This document shows positions 37,042 through 44,485 of a stretch of 64,000 nucleotides of DNA, piece by piece; position 1 is the stretch's first letter; each line of letters begins with the position of its first letter. Location: positions 4,494 through 68,493 of the forward strand of contig CAYGTI010000017.1 of assembly GCA_964352785.1 (NCBI GenBank). The letters are read 5' to 3'. The notes below the pieces were generated by a model. That model was given only the letters and a program-made list of their open reading frames with translations, was not told the DNA's origin and searched no databases. Origin of the DNA: an uncultured Caulobacterales bacterium (GTDB lineage: Bacteria > Pseudomonadota > Alphaproteobacteria > Caulobacterales > Maricaulaceae). The position numbers and the translations under genes were made by a program.

Positions 37042-37604
37042 CCACGGACAATAAAGGCACATGTTCCGCCAAGTGCCAACGCCGTGATTTCCGGCGTTCC
37101 GTAGCGCGCGGCAAGGCAATAGACGAGCCCGCCGATGAGCGCGGCGGTGGCGTAAATCTCTTTTTGCAAAATGAGCGGAATTTCGTTGCAAACAATATCC
37201 CGGATCATCCCCCCAGCAGCAGCCGTGACAATGCCCATGGCCACGCTGATCGTTATATTTTGTGTGAGTGCGTAAGTTTTTGAGGCACCCAAAACGCAAA
37301 AAAGAGCCATACCTACAGCATCTGCCCATTCCAGTACGGTGAGCCGTCTGCCGATGCGCGGCGGAAATGTAAATATAAGAATTGCGGCGCAAATGGCGAG
37401 CCAAATATAGACAGGAGCGCCGAGCCAAAAAACGGGCACATCGAGGATAAGGTCGCGCAAAGTGCCGCCGCCGATGGCTGGAAACATGGCTAGAACGATG
37501 TGCCCAAAAATATCCATATCATTGCGGTTAGCGGCCAGTGCGCCTGTCAACGCGAAGACGAAAACGCCTAAAAAGTCTAAATATGTAATGATTGAAAGAC
37601 CCAT
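36990..37604 (-). CDS. trimeric intracellular cation channel family protein (UPF0126/YadS-like)
   Basis: 204 aa with two UPF0126 repeats (FVFALTGALAA...GGGTLRD and MGIVTAAAGGMIRD) and seven hydrophobic helices. Confidence 0.75.
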   Translation of the reverse strand: MGLSIITYLDFLGVFVFALTGALAANRNDMDIFGHIVLAMFPAIGGGTLRDLILDVPVFWLGAPVYIWLAICAAILIFTFPPRIGRRLTVLEWADAVGMALFCVLGASKTYALTQNITISVAMGIVTAAAGGMIRDIVCNEIPLILQKEIYATAALIGGLVYCLAARYGTPEITALALGGTCAFIVRGCALLFGWSFPRRKPRT

Positions 37605-37609
37605 CTTAT

Positions 37610-38626
37610 TTAGAAGCGATAGCTGATTCGGTCAGCGGCCCGGCAAAATAGATCAAGTTCGTTCAGGCAAACGCGTTCCATATTCGTTACCAATTGTGGC
37701 AAACTGATATCCTGCCCGTCTTTTGTTTGAGACGCTTCTTCGATGTCCCGGACATATTGCTCGTACCGGGTTTGAGATTGTTCTTCGAGCAAGGCATTAT
37801 CCATAATGGCCTCAGTCGACCCAAGAATGAAAAGCGTGACAGCCGTAAAGTCGATCCAGGCTGTATCAAGACCTGTCCAAACCGGTTCTGCGATTTTTAC
37901 CCCTAAAGAGATAAAGGCGAACACTGCTGCGCCCAAATAAATCATATCCTGTGTTGAGTTGAAAATGCGCCGCCGTCCTGAAAAGGCCACAACTTCGCCA
38001 AGGGCAAAATTGCGTTGATAAGCTACCCTGAGTTCCATGTAGGCCTCGCGCGCCATTGTCGCGATCCCGGCATGAGCGGCTTTCTTAGGCAGCTTCATAG
38101 GCTCCATAACGGTGCCGGGTGAGAAGTTTTTTAAAACAGCAATTCCAGCATTCATTTCATTTTCTAATCTGGCGAGGTGTTTTTGCACGAAAGTTTGAGT
38201 CAGTGTCTCAAGGTGATCTGTATTTTTTGCAGACTGCGCTAGTTGAAACGCTTGAAATTTTAAACTCCGCAGACGCTCAGCGGCAAAACGGTTTAATATC
38301 CATTTTTGTTTTTGCTTGGTCCCAATCAAATACCACTGGAGCACAATCCCAATTCCGGCCATGGTCACAGCGGCGAACTTTAGAATGACATTATTGAGAA
38401 TACCTTTGAGTATCAAAGCCTCGGCGATAGTAAAAATAGCGCTCGCGGCCACCAAGAGGATCGCGATCTGACCTAGATAATGATACCGTTTTTTTGCTGC
38501 ATTTGCCTGCCGCTCATGACCTATGAAGACATCGTCAAGTATCGCTAAATGGATAAGCGGGGTGATGAGTTTGTAGTGTGACTGCGTGGTGTCAGTGGCA
38601 AACAAGTCACGGTTTGGCGTTTGCAT
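37610..38626 (-). CDS. four-TM protein with two SLATT-like (2TM) modules
   Basis: 338 aa. Module 1 has helix AKKRYHYLGQ, TM ~50-72, TM ~79-101, then KWILNRFAAERLRSLKFQAF. Module 2 has REAYMELRVAYQRNF, TM ~228-245, TM ~255-275, then RYEQYVRDIE. The AGAGG SD precedes the ATG. SLATT is assigned by pattern memory only. Confidence 0.5.
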   Translation of the reverse strand: MQTPNRDLFATDTTQSHYKLITPLIHLAILDDVFIGHERQANAAKKRYHYLGQIAILLVAASAIFTIAEALILKGILNNVILKFAAVTMAGIGIVLQWYLIGTKQKQKWILNRFAAERLRSLKFQAFQLAQSAKNTDHLETLTQTFVQKHLARLENEMNAGIAVLKNFSPGTVMEPMKLPKKAAHAGIATMAREAYMELRVAYQRNFALGEVVAFSGRRRIFNSTQDMIYLGAAVFAFISLGVKIAEPVWTGLDTAWIDFTAVTLFILGSTEAIMDNALLEEQSQTRYEQYVRDIEEASQTKDGQDISLPQLVTNMERVCLNELDLFCRAADRISYRF

Positions 38627-38695
38627 AAGGAGCCTCTTGTCGAATTTCCCATGACTCTACGAAGCCTTGCAAGAATGAGCAAGTCAGTTACAGTT

Positions 38696-38730
38696 TTATC
38701 AGTGAACGGCTGGAGCATTTTATCTGATAA
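38696..38730. promoter_or_regulatory. inverted repeats in the divergent SLATT-like / protease promoter region
   Basis: TTATCAG (38696..38702) and CTGATAA (38724..38730) form an inverted repeat. The right arm is part of an 11-bp palindrome TTATCTGATAA (38720..38730), 22 nt upstream of the protease ATG. Confidence 0.3.
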
Positions 38731-38751
38731 GCTGTTTGCTAGGGAGCGCAT

Positions 38752-41139
38752 ATGCCTTGTTTGTCTAAGAACTTTCTTATTTTAGCTGTGTTTACAATCG
38801 CTTTGATGGAGACATCTGGCGCTCAAACAAACTCAGACTTTATCCCACCGCCTGAAAAACCTTTGGTGGAGGGCAAGGACATAAAGTCAAAGGATTATTT
38901 CCCGATAGACCAAAGACTAGTTGACAAAAGGGCGGAGGATACAAGGCGTTATTGTGAGCCTATAATAGCCGCTGGTCAAAGATGTACGCCGCCAGTCTCG
39001 TCTTTTCGATCTGTACCTGTTCCGCGTTACGCCGCACCTTTTCAGGTTCAGCTTGTGACAACGGCAAAGCTTGTCACGGATAAATATTTGACAGACACCT
39101 ATAAAGACCGCCCCATGTGGGAGCTGCGCCATGCCTGCGGCGGTGCTTTGATTGACCGCGAATGGGTCCTGACCGCCGCGCATTGTTTTATTGATAACGC
39201 AAAGCCGGAGCATTACGGGGTTAGGCTTGATGTAGATAATATCTCACAGTCGGCATCTGATACGTTCGAGATAAAAGATATAATCACGCCGGAAAATTTC
39301 AACCGCACAGATATAGAAAATGATATTGCTCTGGTCCGCATTGAGGCGGCGGATGCAAAGCTTATTATCCAAGACTATTCCCCCATTAGAAATGGAGCTA
39401 AGCGTGAAAACGCAGTTGTGAAAAGTTACGTCTTTAGGAATGGGCGCACGCTTGTCACGGTAGGGGCGGACCGCCAACTCAAGGCGTGGGATACAGAGAG
39501 CGGAAAGCTGCTTGCTCAAAGAGAAACTTTGAACGCCGAGATGGGCGAAGGTTTAATTGAAAGAAATGGGTCTTTATTTGGAGCTGATCAGCAGGGCATA
39601 TGGAGTTTTGATCTGGCTTCCGGTCGCGCGGGCGCAAAGCTGCAAACGGATAAGGCGTATGGCTGGGCGTTATCAGAGGATGGAAAATGGCTAATGACTT
39701 ACGCAGAGGGCCACGCTGCGCAGCTTTGGGACGTTAAAACGGGCACGAAGGCTGCAGCCCTCGATCATGGCAACGTTGTAGATATTATTGATTTTGTTGC
39801 TCGCGGCCGGGCCGTAACAGCCTCATATGAAGGTGATCTAAAATTATGGGATATTAATCGCCAAACCGTACTGGCATCTGTTTCAAACGTGAGAGGCGAC
39901 CCAGCTTATATGAGCTTTGATAAAGGGCGTAAGCTTTTAGTGACAACAGATAGTTCAATGACAATTATTCAGATGCGCGATGGCAAGATTTTAAAAACGC
40001 TCGATGCAGAAGGTTTAAATGATGCACGCCTTCCGCCAATGATTGTAGCTGACGAACAAGCACTCGTGACATGGCAATTTAATGAACCCGTTAAAATATG
40101 GGATTTAAAGCAAGGGGATCTGCGCCGCCACATTTCTGTTGGCCAAAATATTTCATCTTTAATTTTTGACCACAAAAGCGATCGGTTATTGGGGTGGGAT
40201 ATGTCTGGGCATATCGAAGTCTGGGATGTCAAAACAGGAAAAATCCTCTCCAAAAAATATCTCGAAGAGGCGAACTTCAATTTAAGCGTCTCGTTTTTTG
40301 ATCAGGGCCGCAAATTTATGACGAGCCTTGCGAGCGGTGTGACTCAAGTGTGGGAGGCTGAGAAGAGCGACAATCTCTATACCATTGATCATAGCCTTCC
40401 TATAGCCGGAGCGCGTCTATCGGAAAATGAGCGGTATATATTGAGCTGGAGTGAGCATGGAACGGCTGAGATATGGGACGCCAAAACCGGGCGGGCGATA
40501 AAACGTTTGTTTCACGGGGCCTCGGTTGAAGGCTTGTCTTTGTTTAATAAAGACCGCTCGCTACTCACATGGGGACGGGCAGGCAAAGCCAGGATATGGG
40601 ACATTAAATCAGGCCGAGAAACTGCCCGTGTGGTGCACCCCAGGCCTGATACCGATAGCATTCAAGACCGCTCATCACACCGCGATGCCAAGCCCTCACT
40701 CGTGAGCGTTGTCGACCTTGCGCGCGGCGAAGCTGACTTGTTGGCGGATGACGTACTTTTTACTTATGGCTGGGGTAAAACGCGACCTGTCGCTGGGTTT
40801 GAACCGTCATCGACATTGAGAATGGTTGGGCTGCAACGTTTGACCAATGCCGCATGCCTTGAAACGTCTGGCTGGGGCGACGATGTTTTAGACAGCAGTG
40901 TTTTTTGTGCCCATGATGCGCGCCGTAAAACCTGTTACGGGGATAGCGGCGGGCCCGTAATAGGCAATGATAGGGTCGTTGGCGTTGTCAGTTGGGGCTC
41001 CGGTACGTGCGGCGAAGACGGAAAACCAGGGGTGTACACCCGCGTGTCAGAGCATTTGGCTTGGATATATCGAGCGGTTTGCCCGAAATATCCAGATGCG
41101 AATAATCGTCCCGCATTTTGTCCCAGCCTTAACCCTTAG
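38752..41139 (+). CDS. secreted trypsin-fold (S1) serine protease with an internal ~10-repeat WD40-like insertion
   Basis: 795 aa. It has a signal peptide ending SGA|Q, His motif WVLTAAHC (H144) and Asp motif NDIALVRI (D191). Ten ~41-aa WD-like units lie between residues ~215 and 630. These are followed by FTYGWGKT, CYGDSGGPV (S732) and VVSWGSGTCG..KPGVYTRV. AGGGAG SD. Confidence 0.8.
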   Translation: MPCLSKNFLILAVFTIALMETSGAQTNSDFIPPPEKPLVEGKDIKSKDYFPIDQRLVDKRAEDTRRYCEPIIAAGQRCTPPVSSFRSVPVPRYAAPFQVQLVTTAKLVTDKYLTDTYKDRPMWELRHACGGALIDREWVLTAAHCFIDNAKPEHYGVRLDVDNISQSASDTFEIKDIITPENFNRTDIENDIALVRIEAADAKLIIQDYSPIRNGAKRENAVVKSYVFRNGRTLVTVGADRQLKAWDTESGKLLAQRETLNAEMGEGLIERNGSLFGADQQGIWSFDLASGRAGAKLQTDKAYGWALSEDGKWLMTYAEGHAAQLWDVKTGTKAAALDHGNVVDIIDFVARGRAVTASYEGDLKLWDINRQTVLASVSNVRGDPAYMSFDKGRKLLVTTDSSMTIIQMRDGKILKTLDAEGLNDARLPPMIVADEQALVTWQFNEPVKIWDLKQGDLRRHISVGQNISSLIFDHKSDRLLGWDMSGHIEVWDVKTGKILSKKYLEEANFNLSVSFFDQGRKFMTSLASGVTQVWEAEKSDNLYTIDHSLPIAGARLSENERYILSWSEHGTAEIWDAKTGRAIKRLFHGASVEGLSLFNKDRSLLTWGRAGKARIWDIKSGRETARVVHPRPDTDSIQDRSSHRDAKPSLVSVVDLARGEADLLADDVLFTYGWGKTRPVAGFEPSSTLRMVGLQRLTNAACLETSGWGDDVLDSSVFCAHDARRKTCYGDSGGPVIGNDRVVGVVSWGSGTCGEDGKPGVYTRVSEHLAWIYRAVCPKYPDANNRPAFCPSLNP

Positions 41140-41184
41140 GTCTAAAATCAGAGCTTTAGCAGTATTATCGCTAGATAAACCTTA

Positions 41185-41382
41185 TCACTGATTTTCGATA
41201 GGCCCGGTAAGTCCGCCGCCCGTTGGGCATTTGGGGTATCCCGGAGTTTTAGGCGTACAGGCTTGCTTCGTGGATTCGCTTGATGGCTTGTCCACTGCCT
41301 CGTCTGTCGTCTTTGTGTTGGTGTGCGCGCAACCTGACATTATTAAAAACAATGTCGTGCCTATAATACCGTATAATTTCAT
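41185..41382 (-). CDS. small lipoprotein (65 aa), downstream of the TIR gene
   Basis: Lipobox LIMSGC. The mature peptide of about 48 aa is Thr/Pro/Lys-rich with two further Cys (QACTPKTPGYPKCPTGGG). It starts 25 nt after the TIR-TPR stop on the same strand. Confidence 0.45.
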   Translation of the reverse strand: MKLYGIIGTTLFLIMSGCAHTNTKTTDEAVDKPSSESTKQACTPKTPGYPKCPTGGGLTGPIENQ

Positions 41383-41407
41383 AAAAACTCTCCCCTTCTA
41401 AGTATCT

Positions 41408-43351
41408 CTAATCCGAAAACCCGAGCGCGGCAAGCATATCTGAAAACTCTGTCTTTGACCTCAGCGGATCAAGTGCCGGGTCGACCTTTGCAAGGATAAG
41501 GCCCGAGTCGTTTAATTTAATCGCTTTTTCCATCATTTTAACCGCCAAATCGACCTCTCCCCATTGAGACAAGATTTGAACTTGTTGATAAGCCCCCGCG
41601 TCGCCAAAAGTATCTATGAGTTGTTTTTGCGCCGCTTTTGCCTGATCAGTTCTCCCCAACTTGTTGAAGGCAATCGCGAGGCAGGGTAGGCGTTCCATCT
41701 GATTTTTTTCATCTTCGCAGACGTTAGTTGCTTCTTCAAAGCGGCCGAGCGCAATCAGTGCATTGCCGATCTGAGATTTAGCATTTGTATGTTTTGGAGA
41801 TAAATTCAACGCGTGCTGCGTGGCCTTGATTGACGCCTCATAGCGGCGTGAAAAGTATAAAATCGTCCCATCAGTTCTATGGATTGTTGGATTTAAAGGG
41901 TCGAGTGTTTTGGCGCGGTTAATTGAACTGATGGCTTCAGTTTGTTGTCCGGTAACCGCTTTGTAAGTCGCGTAGCGGGCCAAGATTGTTGCGCTTCCAA
42001 ATCCAAGTTCCCTAGATTTTTCATAAGGGACTTTAGCGCCCTTAATATCAAGCTGGGCGAATTTGACATAGGCGAGTGAGGATTGTGCTATGGCTGAATT
42101 CGGGCTTTGCCTAACGGCCAAATTCGCCGAGTTCAGAGCTGCTGCAAAGTACGAACTTACCGTCTCTTGGTCGGAACTGGTTGCGCCAAGCCAAAGAAGT
42201 AGTCTGGCTTTTGCGGCGTGTGCTCGGCTAAAACTGGGATCAAGGTTTACGGCTCTGTCAAGATGTTCGAGGGCTACGAGATTGGAGGTGCGGCTGATGT
42301 TTGATCTAAAAAGGTCAGTGCCTTTGAGGTATTCGGTAAAGGCTGCGGGGTTTTCAGTTTCTGCAGTTTCTGCCGCGATATTTGTTTGGCTCACTTTTTG
42401 AGTCAACACGCCTGTAATTGCTTCGGCAATTAGATTGTGGATTTTCAGGGTCTCGTTTTCTGTATGCTGAAACGTTTTGCCCCAAACGTTAAAACCTGTT
42501 TTGCCATTTATAAGCTCTGCTGTGACGCGCATATCTGCGCCTTCGCGGCTTACATTCCCATCCAAAATATGAGCGACGCCCAAGCGTTTTGCGATATCTT
42601 TTGCCGTTAATGATTGACTGGCCAGAGCTTCTGAAGAGGAGCGCGAGACGACTTGAAGCGCTTGATTGCGTGCAAGGCTTATGCGCAGTTCTGATGATAG
42701 CCCGGCTGAAAGGTAATCTTGCGCGCTATCACCGCTGGCGTTACGAAAAGGGAGTACGGCGACGCCGTTCTCAAGAAGATTTGCGCCCTTTGCAAAAAGC
42801 CCGCTCGTGATGGAGAGGCCGCCGCCAATAGCTACCACAGCGCTCGCGCCCGCCATCATCACATGTCTACGCGAGAGTACCGCTTTGGGTTTTGAGTGCA
42901 CGGCCCGTCGTTTTGGGACGTTTCCTCCGTGCATAACTGCCAGCATGCGTACTAACTCTTGGATGCTGGACGAGGTGTCATCGCCGTCCCATTTTTGGAT
43001 GTCGATAAGTTGAACTTGCCGAAATCCCAAAGGCGCGATTGTTCCGTCCAATGTTAGAGGAATGAGCCTCTCGCGTACCCGTCCGCTCGTGGCTTCATCA
43101 CGCACCCAATGAGACGATATGGAGGTCTTTGACCATAGCACGACAACGGCTTTGGCAGACTCGAGGGCCTCTTCGGTTGTTTCTAAAAAACTGGTGCCGC
43201 CTTCAAGCATGCCGTCCCACCACACGCGGTATCCGGCTGCTTCAATGGCGTCAATAATAGGAAGAGCTTGTGCTTGGTCGACTCGCGAATAGCTGAAAAA
43301 GACGGTCGTAAGTTCCGCGTCTTTATCGTCGTGTTCGTCTGATTGCGCCAT
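41408..43351 (-). CDS. TIR domain - TM - periplasmic TolB-N-like/TPR repeat protein
   Basis: 647 aa. The N-terminal TIR domain reads TVFFSYSRVDQ...YRVWWD...AKAVVVLWSKTSISSHWVRDEA, with the conserved Glu at residue 86. A TM helix spans ~164-187 (VMMAGASAVVAIGGGLSITSGLFA). Next comes VAVLPFRNASGDSAQDYLSAGLSSEL.., a motif seen in periplasmic modules of TPR-linked receptors. TPR-like helical repeats then run to the C-terminus. Confidence 0.8.
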   Translation of the reverse strand: MAQSDEHDDKDAELTTVFFSYSRVDQAQALPIIDAIEAAGYRVWWDGMLEGGTSFLETTEEALESAKAVVVLWSKTSISSHWVRDEATSGRVRERLIPLTLDGTIAPLGFRQVQLIDIQKWDGDDTSSSIQELVRMLAVMHGGNVPKRRAVHSKPKAVLSRRHVMMAGASAVVAIGGGLSITSGLFAKGANLLENGVAVLPFRNASGDSAQDYLSAGLSSELRISLARNQALQVVSRSSSEALASQSLTAKDIAKRLGVAHILDGNVSREGADMRVTAELINGKTGFNVWGKTFQHTENETLKIHNLIAEAITGVLTQKVSQTNIAAETAETENPAAFTEYLKGTDLFRSNISRTSNLVALEHLDRAVNLDPSFSRAHAAKARLLLWLGATSSDQETVSSYFAAALNSANLAVRQSPNSAIAQSSLAYVKFAQLDIKGAKVPYEKSRELGFGSATILARYATYKAVTGQQTEAISSINRAKTLDPLNPTIHRTDGTILYFSRRYEASIKATQHALNLSPKHTNAKSQIGNALIALGRFEEATNVCEDEKNQMERLPCLAIAFNKLGRTDQAKAAQKQLIDTFGDAGAYQQVQILSQWGEVDLAVKMMEKAIKLNDSGLILAKVDPALDPLRSKTEFSDMLAALGFSD

Positions 43352-43426
43352 GTTTCTGCCCTTGCAGGTTCTTATAACCTTTTGCGGGAAAAAAGCGAGA
43401 GGTGTTGATACAGGGCTGTTATAAAC

Positions 43427-44485
43427 TTAGCGAGGTTTGCTGGGCTTTTTGAGATCAAGCGCAACATCAACAATCATATCCTCTTGTCCGCCGACCATTC
43501 TGCGCCGCCCCAGCTCAACCAGAATGTCACGCGTGTCCAAGCCGTAATCTTGGGCGGCTTTTTCTGCGTGGCGCAAGAAACTGGAATAGACTCCTGCATA
43601 ACCAAGGCTCAAGGTCTCGCGGTCAACGCGGACGGGCCGATCTTGTAAGGGCCGAACTAAATCTTCTGCGGCGTCCATCAGTTTGAAAACATCACAACCA
43701 TGGTTCCATCCCTTTTTATCAATAGCTGCAATAAAGACTTCAAGCGGGGCATTGCCTGCGCCTGCGCCCATAGCCGCCAAAGAGGCATCGATGCGCCGTG
43801 CGCCGTTTTGGACGCCAACAATAGAGTTTGCCACGCCAAGGGATAAATTATGATGCGCATGTACGCCGCGCTCGGTTTCCGGCTTCAGGATATCATTGTA
43901 AGCTTGCAGCCGCGCCGCATAGCCGTCCATATCCAGAGCACCGCCAGAATCGGTGACGTAAATACACTCTGCGCCGTAGTCCTCCATCAACTTGGCTTGC
44001 TGGGCGAGATGACCGGGCTCTGCCATATGGCTCATCATGAGAAAGCCTACCGTATCCATGCCAAGCTCTCGGGCCATTTCAATGTGCTGTCGTGAGACGT
44101 CGGCTTCGGTGCAGTGGGTGGCCACGCGCACAGAGCGTACCCCTAAATTATAGGCGCGCCGTAGCTCGTCGATAGTCGCAATCCCGGGCAAAATAAGTGT
44201 TGTGACGATGGCGGTCTCTACAACATCACAGACGGCTTCGATCCATTCCCAATCTGTATGCGCGCCAAATCCATAATTAAAAGCCCCGCCGTTCAGCCCA
44301 TCCCCATGAGCAATCTCAATGGCGTCCACACCGGCCTCGTCGAGCGCTTTGGCAATGGCGCGCACATGGTCAACCGAATATTGGTGCCGAATAGCATGCA
44401 TGCCGTCGCGCAGTGTCACGTCTTGGATATACAGACGGTCTTTGCACGGATCGGTGATCACGCCCTTGTGTCTCTCCTGGCTCAT
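43427..44485 (-). CDS. dmpG: 4-hydroxy-2-oxovalerate aldolase
   Basis: 352 aa with the DmpG/MhpE/BphI signature [42 protein letters not shown] and [15 protein letters not shown]. Confidence 0.9.
   Translation of the reverse strand: MSQERHKGVITDPCKDRLYIQDVTLRDGMHAIRHQYSVDHVRAIAKALDEAGVDAIEIAHGDGLNGGAFNYGFGAHTDWEWIEAVCDVVETAIVTTLILPGIATIDELRRAYNLGVRSVRVATHCTEADVSRQHIEMARELGMDTVGFLMMSHMAEPGHLAQQAKLMEDYGAECIYVTDSGGALDMDGYAARLQAYNDILKPETERGVHAHHNLSLGVANSIVGVQNGARRIDASLAAMGAGAGNAPLEVFIAAIDKKGWNHGCDVFKLMDAAEDLVRPLQDRPVRVDRETLSLGYAGVYSSFLRHAEKAAQDYGLDTRDILVELGRRRMVGGQEDMIVDVALDLKKPSKPR

Noticed and set aside
37042-37428. Upstream 129 codons of track ORF 36538..37428 (R/C/H-rich)
   Set aside because: This part overlaps the well-supported TRIC-family gene in another frame and has a non-protein-like composition. 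The A24 peptidase homology begins only near MRAFVWLVF.
39394-40641. ~123-nt periodicity that could suggest a DNA tandem repeat or CRISPR-like array
   Set aside because: The periodicity exists only at the protein level as WD40-like units. The nucleotide copies are divergent, lie in one continuous ORF, and show no identical repeats or spacers.
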